Positions 58,857 to 64,000 of a stretch of 64,000 nt of DNA are shown here, one piece after another; position 1 is the stretch's first letter, and every line of letters starts with the position of its first letter. The stretch is taken from contig OZ244889.1 in the NCBI GenBank assembly GCA_965221425.1, positions 2,560,675-2,624,674 of the forward strand. Direction: 5' to 3'. Made by a program: the position numbers and the translations under genes. This DNA is from Candidatus Poribacteria bacterium (GTDB lineage Bacteria > Poribacteria > WGA-4E > WGA-3G). The notes under the pieces are model-generated. The model was not told the DNA's origin. It did no database searches and was given only the letters and a program-made list of their open reading frames with translations.

Positions 58857-60317
58857 TTAGAGGTTGTAACCACGTTCATTGTGTTGTGAGAGGTCAAGAC
58901 CCATACGTTCATCGTCCTCTTCAACGCGTAAGCCGACTATCGCGTCAACGATCTTAAGGATAATAAACGAAAGCACACCACTCCAAACGATGGTAATGAC
59001 GATACTAAGGAACTGCGCCCAAAGCTGGCTTCCTATCATAATATCTTCAGAACCACCTAAAACTGTAGCAGAAAAAACACCTGTCAACAATGCGCCGACA
59101 ATCCCACCGATGCCGTGAACACCAAACGCATCAAGTGAATCATCGTAGCCAAGTTTTGTCTTCAAACTGGTAGCACCCCAGAAACAGACTGCACCAGAGG
59201 CAAACCCGATAACGAGCGCCCCGATCGGGCCAACTGTCCCAGAAGCAGGCGTAATCGCAACTAATCCTGCAACGGCACCTGTAACTATGCCCAGAACACT
59301 CGGTTTGCCATGTTTTGCCCATTCAATAAACATCCATGTGACAGCAGCAGTAGCGGTTGAAACCTGGGTAACAAGCATTGCCATGCCAGCGGCACCATCA
59401 GCAGCAAGTTGACTACCAGCATTGAAACCGAACCAACCCACCCAGAGCATTGACGCACCAACTACTGTGAGTGTCAAGCTATGCGGTGGCATTGCTGTTG
59501 TCTGGTATCCGATCCGTTTTCCGACTAAAATTGCGGCAACTAATGCTGCGATACCCGCATTAATATGCACTACATTTCCACCAGCAAAATCAAGCGCGCC
59601 GATAATATCACCAAATAGTGAACCATCGCCTGACCATGCCATGTGGCAGAGAGGTGCATAAACGATTAGTGACCAAATTGCTGAAAAGAGCAGCATTGCT
59701 GAGAACTTCATACGTTCCGCGAATGCCCCAGCAATCAGAGCAGGTGTAATGATTGCAAACGTCATTTGGAAGACAATAAAAACAGTTTCAGGAATAGTTC
59801 CGCTTAAAGTATCTACGCCAATTCCTTTCAGGAAAAAGGTGCCGAGTCCTCCAACAAAAGAGTTAAGTGTTATTTTTCCTGCCTCCATCCCAGCGGTGTT
59901 AAAAGCGAGACTATACCCAATGGCAATCCATAAGATAGTGATAAGCCCTGTTAGTGCGAAACACTGCATGAGTACAGAGAGTACATTCTGTACGCGCACA
60001 AGTCCACCATAGAAGAGGGCGAGTCCCGGAATCGTCATAAATAGCACGAGAGCAGTTGCAATAAGCATCCATGCGGTATCACCTGAATCAAGTTTATCTT
60101 TTGCGGTATCACCTGGCTCAGGTTTATCTTCCGCCTGTTCAGTCGGTGCTTCTGCCTCATGTTGGTCTGCAAACACATTATGTGTCAGAATTAAGCTTGG
60201 CACACCAGATATCAGTAAAATTAATATGAGCGCTCCAATTAGCGAGTAATTAAAACGCTTCTTTAAAAAATGTGATGCACATCGTTGTTGCATCTGTATC
60301 CTCCTTAGTATTAACAA
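58857..60317 (-). CDS. amt: Ammonium transporter (Amt/MEP family)
   Basis: DFAGGNVVHINAGIAALVAAILVGKR Amt signature; 11 TM. Confidence 0.9.
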   Translation of the reverse strand: MLILRRIQMQQRCASHFLKKRFNYSLIGALILILLISGVPSLILTHNVFADQHEAEAPTEQAEDKPEPGDTAKDKLDSGDTAWMLIATALVLFMTIPGLALFYGGLVRVQNVLSVLMQCFALTGLITILWIAIGYSLAFNTAGMEAGKITLNSFVGGLGTFFLKGIGVDTLSGTIPETVFIVFQMTFAIITPALIAGAFAERMKFSAMLLFSAIWSLIVYAPLCHMAWSGDGSLFGDIIGALDFAGGNVVHINAGIAALVAAILVGKRIGYQTTAMPPHSLTLTVVGASMLWVGWFGFNAGSQLAADGAAGMAMLVTQVSTATAAVTWMFIEWAKHGKPSVLGIVTGAVAGLVAITPASGTVGPIGALVIGFASGAVCFWGATSLKTKLGYDDSLDAFGVHGIGGIVGALLTGVFSATVLGGSEDIMIGSQLWAQFLSIVITIVWSGVLSFIILKIVDAIVGLRVEEDDERMGLDLSQHNERGYNL

Positions 60318-60597
60318 GCGATAATACTTGTTAAGTTATTTTTTATCAAGGCAAACAACTTTGTCTACCTTCCAATTTCAATTTTATAGTAGAATCTATA
60401 ATTATTTGGACATTACAGTAGGTTCGGTTTCCTAACCTACCGAAGATTGTTCACATATTTTGGATTTCACTATAAAAGAAAGTAATATGACCTACTAACG
60501 TTCTACAAGTTTTGATTTAGCATTTTACCAAAATATCACAAAGGTTTCAAGTGATTACATCAACGGTAAACAAAATCACACCTTCCAACAAATGAGG

Positions 60598-60650
60598 AAC
60601 GCCCACAAGCCAAGAAGTAAAACTCAGGGATAAAGTGAACTTCTTGTGGG
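60598..60650 (-). terminator. Long bulged hairpin cgcccacaag..aagaagt / acttcttgtgggcg downstream of the second amt
   Basis: Two 7-bp stems separated by a bulge; 20-nt loop. Confidence 0.45.
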
Positions 60651-60705
60651 CGAACCTTATTCGGTTTGTAACCCCAATCTTTCAATTGAGGGTTTCTGAA
60701 AATGT

Positions 60706-62121
60706 TTATCGTATTGACGAGACATTGAAGTCAGGATAAGCACTTGCCCCGTGTTCTTCGTAGTCAAGCCCTGCTTGCTCTTCTTCTTGCGTAACCCGCA
60801 AACCTGTGGCTGCTTTAATTCCGTAGAAGAGAATAAAACCTGTTATGAGACACCATACGAAAACAGCAACGACACCTATAAACTGTGCCCAGAGGAGTGT
60901 AAATCCACCACCAGCGAAAACGCCGCTTGACGAATCGAAGAACCCGACAAGCAGAGTACCTAACGCGCCGCATGTTCCGTGAACAGAAATGGCACCAACT
61001 GGATCGTCAATGCGAAGATTTTCCAACAACAAGACACTTAGAACAACTACAATACCACCGAGTGCTCCCATAATAGCAGCGGATGTCGGCGTAACGGAAG
61101 CGCAACCAGCAGTAATTGTGACTAACCCCGCAAGTGCACCGTTGAGTGACATACCAGCATCGGGTTTGCCGAGGAATATCCAAGCTGTAATCATGGCTGT
61201 AATAGCACCTGCAGATGCCGCAAGGTTCGTTGTTACAGCGATTCCCGCAATAGTTGCGGAACTTGCACCCATTTCGCTACCAGGGTTAAATCCAAACCAG
61301 CCCAACCATAAAATAAACACACCAAGAGCAGCAAGCGGTAAATTGTGTCCAGCAATCGGTCTCGGTTTACCGTCGTTATCATACTTTCCAAGACGCGGGC
61401 CTAAGACAATGGCACCTGTCAATGCAAGCCAACCACCTGTGGAATGAACAACTGTTGAACCAGCAAAGTCGTTTACGTCTAACCATTCTACTAACCCACC
61501 GTCTAACCAGCCACCACCCCAAATCCAGTGACCAACAATCGGATAGATGATACCTGTGATAAACACACTATAAATTAGATAACTTTTGAACTGCGTACGT
61601 TCTGCCATTGCACCGGAAACAATTGTCGCGGCTGTGGCAGCAAACACGAGTTGGAAAAGCCACGCTGCATAAGTTGGAACAGAACTCCATTCTAATGCAC
61701 TAAAAATACTGGTATCGGTTGCTGCTCCTGCCTCAAGTGCCTCAGACGGAACGAACCATCCGCTTGTTCCCATAAACGCATTACCTGCACCGAACATAAT
61801 AGCAAAACCGATTGCCCAATATGCGATTGAACCCATTGAAAAATCCATCAGGTTCTTCATGAGAATGTTGACGGCGTTCTTAGCACGAGTGAAACCAGAT
61901 TCCACCATAGCAAAGCCAGCCTGCATAAAGAATACGAGAAACGCAGCGACTAACACCCACAGTGTGTCTGCCATATATTTTGCATCATCAACCTTTTCAA
62001 GAGTTCCATCGCTATCTGTCAAACCATTCAGGGCAAAAGCGTTGAGACTCAGCAGGAAGGTGAATGCAAGAATTGTTATGATAATCTTTTTTTTCATTTG
62101 AAAAGATCTCCTATATTTCAA
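60706..62121 (-). CDS. amt: Ammonium transporter (Amt/MEP family), with cleavable signal peptide
   Basis: DFAGSTVVHSTGGWLALTGAIVLGPR; N-terminal signal peptide as in AmtB. Confidence 0.9.
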   Translation of the reverse strand: MKYRRSFQMKKKIIITILAFTFLLSLNAFALNGLTDSDGTLEKVDDAKYMADTLWVLVAAFLVFFMQAGFAMVESGFTRAKNAVNILMKNLMDFSMGSIAYWAIGFAIMFGAGNAFMGTSGWFVPSEALEAGAATDTSIFSALEWSSVPTYAAWLFQLVFAATAATIVSGAMAERTQFKSYLIYSVFITGIIYPIVGHWIWGGGWLDGGLVEWLDVNDFAGSTVVHSTGGWLALTGAIVLGPRLGKYDNDGKPRPIAGHNLPLAALGVFILWLGWFGFNPGSEMGASSATIAGIAVTTNLAASAGAITAMITAWIFLGKPDAGMSLNGALAGLVTITAGCASVTPTSAAIMGALGGIVVVLSVLLLENLRIDDPVGAISVHGTCGALGTLLVGFFDSSSGVFAGGGFTLLWAQFIGVVAVFVWCLITGFILFYGIKAATGLRVTQEEEQAGLDYEEHGASAYPDFNVSSIR

Positions 62122-62236
62122 TAAAAATGCTTCTTAAACTCCGAAGAACTGTAAGTCACATCCGTTTGTGATACATTGGATTCATCACGAATCAAGTGCG
62201 TTTCCTAATTCGCGATAATTTTAACCTATAGGCAAA

Positions 62237-62256
62237 GGACAGCAAATTTGCTGTCC
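62237..62256 (-). terminator. Perfect palindrome ggacagcaaatttgctgtcc downstream of the OM-like gene
   Basis: Seen in sequence. Confidence 0.45.
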
Positions 62257-62271
62257 TCACAAACATGTTTC

Positions 62272-62991
62272 TTACCAAGTGCGCATGAAAGTCATTCTGC
62301 CGGTAAGTCCTGTATCTTCAGAATCTTCATCAAGCTGGGTTTCAAAACCGACAAAGAGCCCGAGCGTGTTGTTTTCACCGTAGCCGAGATTGATGCGTCC
62401 GCCAACAACCATACTACTCATACCACCATCGTCACCTAAATCAATTGTTGTTTCTACTTGTGGACCGACGGCAATGGTATCATTGATAGAATAGAGGATA
62501 AAATCGCGTGTATAGAATGAATCTGCCCCCTCTTCATCAAAAGGTGAATTGAGGAACATCTGAATCCATGATTCAAAATAGATGGAACCAGCAGTAAGAT
62601 ATGTGAACAACTGCGGTGCAATCAATGTTGTGGGACCATCCGCTGTACCGTAATCAAATCCTATACCAACCATCGGGAGGAAACTGAGTGATAGAGAATC
62701 ACTGTCAGCAACTGGAATACCGAGACCGAGATCAAACTCACCGAAGGTATCCACAACATAAATATCGCTATCTATAGAGATGCTTCCAACCGGATGGCTT
62801 GCGCCAAACCATATCTGTGTGCCGAGACTATCTGTATCCGTCCGGAACCAACCGGAAATACCTGACTCTTCTTCCATTGCCATCTCTTCACCCGCTTCGT
62901 GGGCATCAGCGTAAACCATCGGGACGCTACCAACCGCGAGGATGCAAACTATTGCCAATAATTGAGGTAACCAAAACGCTTTAATTTTCAT
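62272..62991 (-). CDS. Hypothetical secreted (outer-membrane-like) protein
   Basis: Signal peptide MKIKAFWLPQLLAIVCILAVGSVPMVYA. Gly/aromatic-rich with alternating pattern; C-terminal ...MRTW. Confidence 0.5.
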   Translation of the reverse strand: MKIKAFWLPQLLAIVCILAVGSVPMVYADAHEAGEEMAMEEESGISGWFRTDTDSLGTQIWFGASHPVGSISIDSDIYVVDTFGEFDLGLGIPVADSDSLSLSFLPMVGIGFDYGTADGPTTLIAPQLFTYLTAGSIYFESWIQMFLNSPFDEEGADSFYTRDFILYSINDTIAVGPQVETTIDLGDDGGMSSMVVGGRINLGYGENNTLGLFVGFETQLDEDSEDTGLTGRMTFMRTW

Positions 62992-63307
62992 TTAAATCTC
63001 CTTAGATTTATTTAATTCCGACACGAACAAACACCGTGCCATAATGAATTGTGCCAGTATTGTTATTGCTAACTCTTGATTCTGGCATCAACTTGTGATA
63101 GAATCTGTGCTTAATTGCACTGCCTCAGTTAAAGCAATATGCGTGCCAATTGTATAATATTTGTAAACTTTACCTAATCTTCTATGTAAGGTTGATATAA
63201 GCGTAACTTTAGTTTATCCTTATTCTAACCTACACCATAAAGTGGCAAAAATATGACAAAGTAGTTAGTGAAATTACATGTTTTGAGGAGATTGGTTTCT
63301 ATCAAAA

Positions 63308-64000
63308 ATGCTGAAATTTTCATCACAAAACTGCCTAAAAAATAAGCATATTCTGCTTGTCTGTATCGTCAGCATCGGTGCGTTGCTTCGATTTTGGAAT
63401 CTCGGACAGTGGAGTTTCTGGATTGATGAGGTGCTGACTGTACTTGATGCCGAAGAATTTTCTCTTTCCAATTCTCCGATTAATCCGATACCCTATATCG
63501 CAGCGAAGTTTTCTGTTTTTTTAAGTGAAAAGTTATCATTTATCATAGACGGGAGCGGTGAATGGAACAGTCGTCTTATTTTTTGCATTGCAGGAATCAT
63601 TTCCATTCCGATAGTCTTTCGTTTGGGACAAACTTTATACAATAGTAGAGTAGGATTATTCACTGCGGCATTTGTTGCGTTATCAAATTGGCATCTATTT
63701 TGGTCACAAAATGCGCGTTCCTATATCTTCACCTTCCTGTTTGCGGTGTTGACAGCATGGTTTTTCTACCGCTCCCTTGAAAACGATTCGACACTGTTGA
63801 CAATATGTGCACTCTTTTTCTGTATCTGTCTTATCCTGTCGCATTTATTGGCTGCAACGATTGTGCCTGCGTTAGCGGTTTATGCGATACTTCAATTGTT
63901 AGAAGAACGTAACCGAAAGCGATGGATAAATCTACTTCTATTTTTTTTGTCGTTTGCTATACCTGTCTTGATGCTTGCCCTGCCGCAGATTCGCGGGCAC
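63308..64000 (+). CDS. Glycosyltransferase family 39 / ArnT-PMT-like membrane glycosyltransferase, 3' truncated by window edge
   Basis: LLRFWNLGQWSFWIDE and multiple TM helices. Frame open to the window end, so it is not in the ORF track. Confidence 0.65.
   Translation, partial: MLKFSSQNCLKNKHILLVCIVSIGALLRFWNLGQWSFWIDEVLTVLDAEEFSLSNSPINPIPYIAAKFSVFLSEKLSFIIDGSGEWNSRLIFCIAGIISIPIVFRLGQTLYNSRVGLFTAAFVALSNWHLFWSQNARSYIFTFLFAVLTAWFFYRSLENDSTLLTICALFFCICLILSHLLAATIVPALAVYAILQLLEERNRKRWINLLLFFLSFAIPVLMLALPQIRGH

Noticed and set aside
1-64000. Genome-wide TGA reassignment (genetic code 4 or 25)
   Set aside because: Long conserved genes (asd, mtnK, amt, the 1254-aa ECF-WD40) contain no internal TGA and use TGG for Trp. 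Several genes end in TGA followed immediately by the next start. TGA is therefore a normal stop, and only the OMP and queE sites are anomalous.

Overview
This 64-kb window is bacterial, moderately AT-rich and densely coding, with a strongly accessory character. The lineage is uncertain. The gene content (Cys-type sulfatase plus FGE, GH127, heparinase II/III-like, many WD40/PD40/HEAT/MORN repeat proteins, an ECF sigma fused to a TM helix and WD40 domain) resembles sulfatase-rich PVC-like or uncultivated heterotrophs. TAA, TAG and TGA all terminate genes here. Recognisable housekeeping and metabolic genes are asd, mtnK, queE, a CbpA-like J-protein, two tandem amt ammonium transporters, an SDR, a Gfo/Idh/MocA oxidoreductase, a HIBADH-like dehydrogenase, an amidohydrolase and an NitT/TauT ABC ATPase. 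Six things stand out. (1) Two otherwise intact genes carry in-frame TGA codons. A signal-peptide outer-membrane-type protein has two TGAs three codons apart (U-G-A-U arrangement). queE has one TGA in the arrangement U-R-I-C. These are candidate Sec or readthrough sites, or else pseudogenes. (2) A roughly 12-kb block of lineage-specific paralog expansions. Three tandem paralogs of a large protein with a duplicated novel N-terminal domain fused to a TlpA-like WCGFC thioredoxin domain show near-identical gene-conversion tracts. They sit convergent to nine tandem VOC/glyoxalase-like paralogs. (3) Two nested MITE-like palindromic repeat families occupy almost every long intergenic spacer and seed spurious ORFs. 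A roughly 17-nt motif, TAACC(C/T)AAGTTGC(C/T)AC, abuts many stop codons. (4) An SPFH/flotillin-like membrane protein is fused to a YgiT-type zinc finger next to an orphan DUF58 gene. (5) A B12-radical-SAM / DUF169 / SDR operon. (6) A BrnT/BrnA toxin-antitoxin pair. No rRNA, tRNA or CRISPR array was recognised. All coordinates are 1-based on the + strand.
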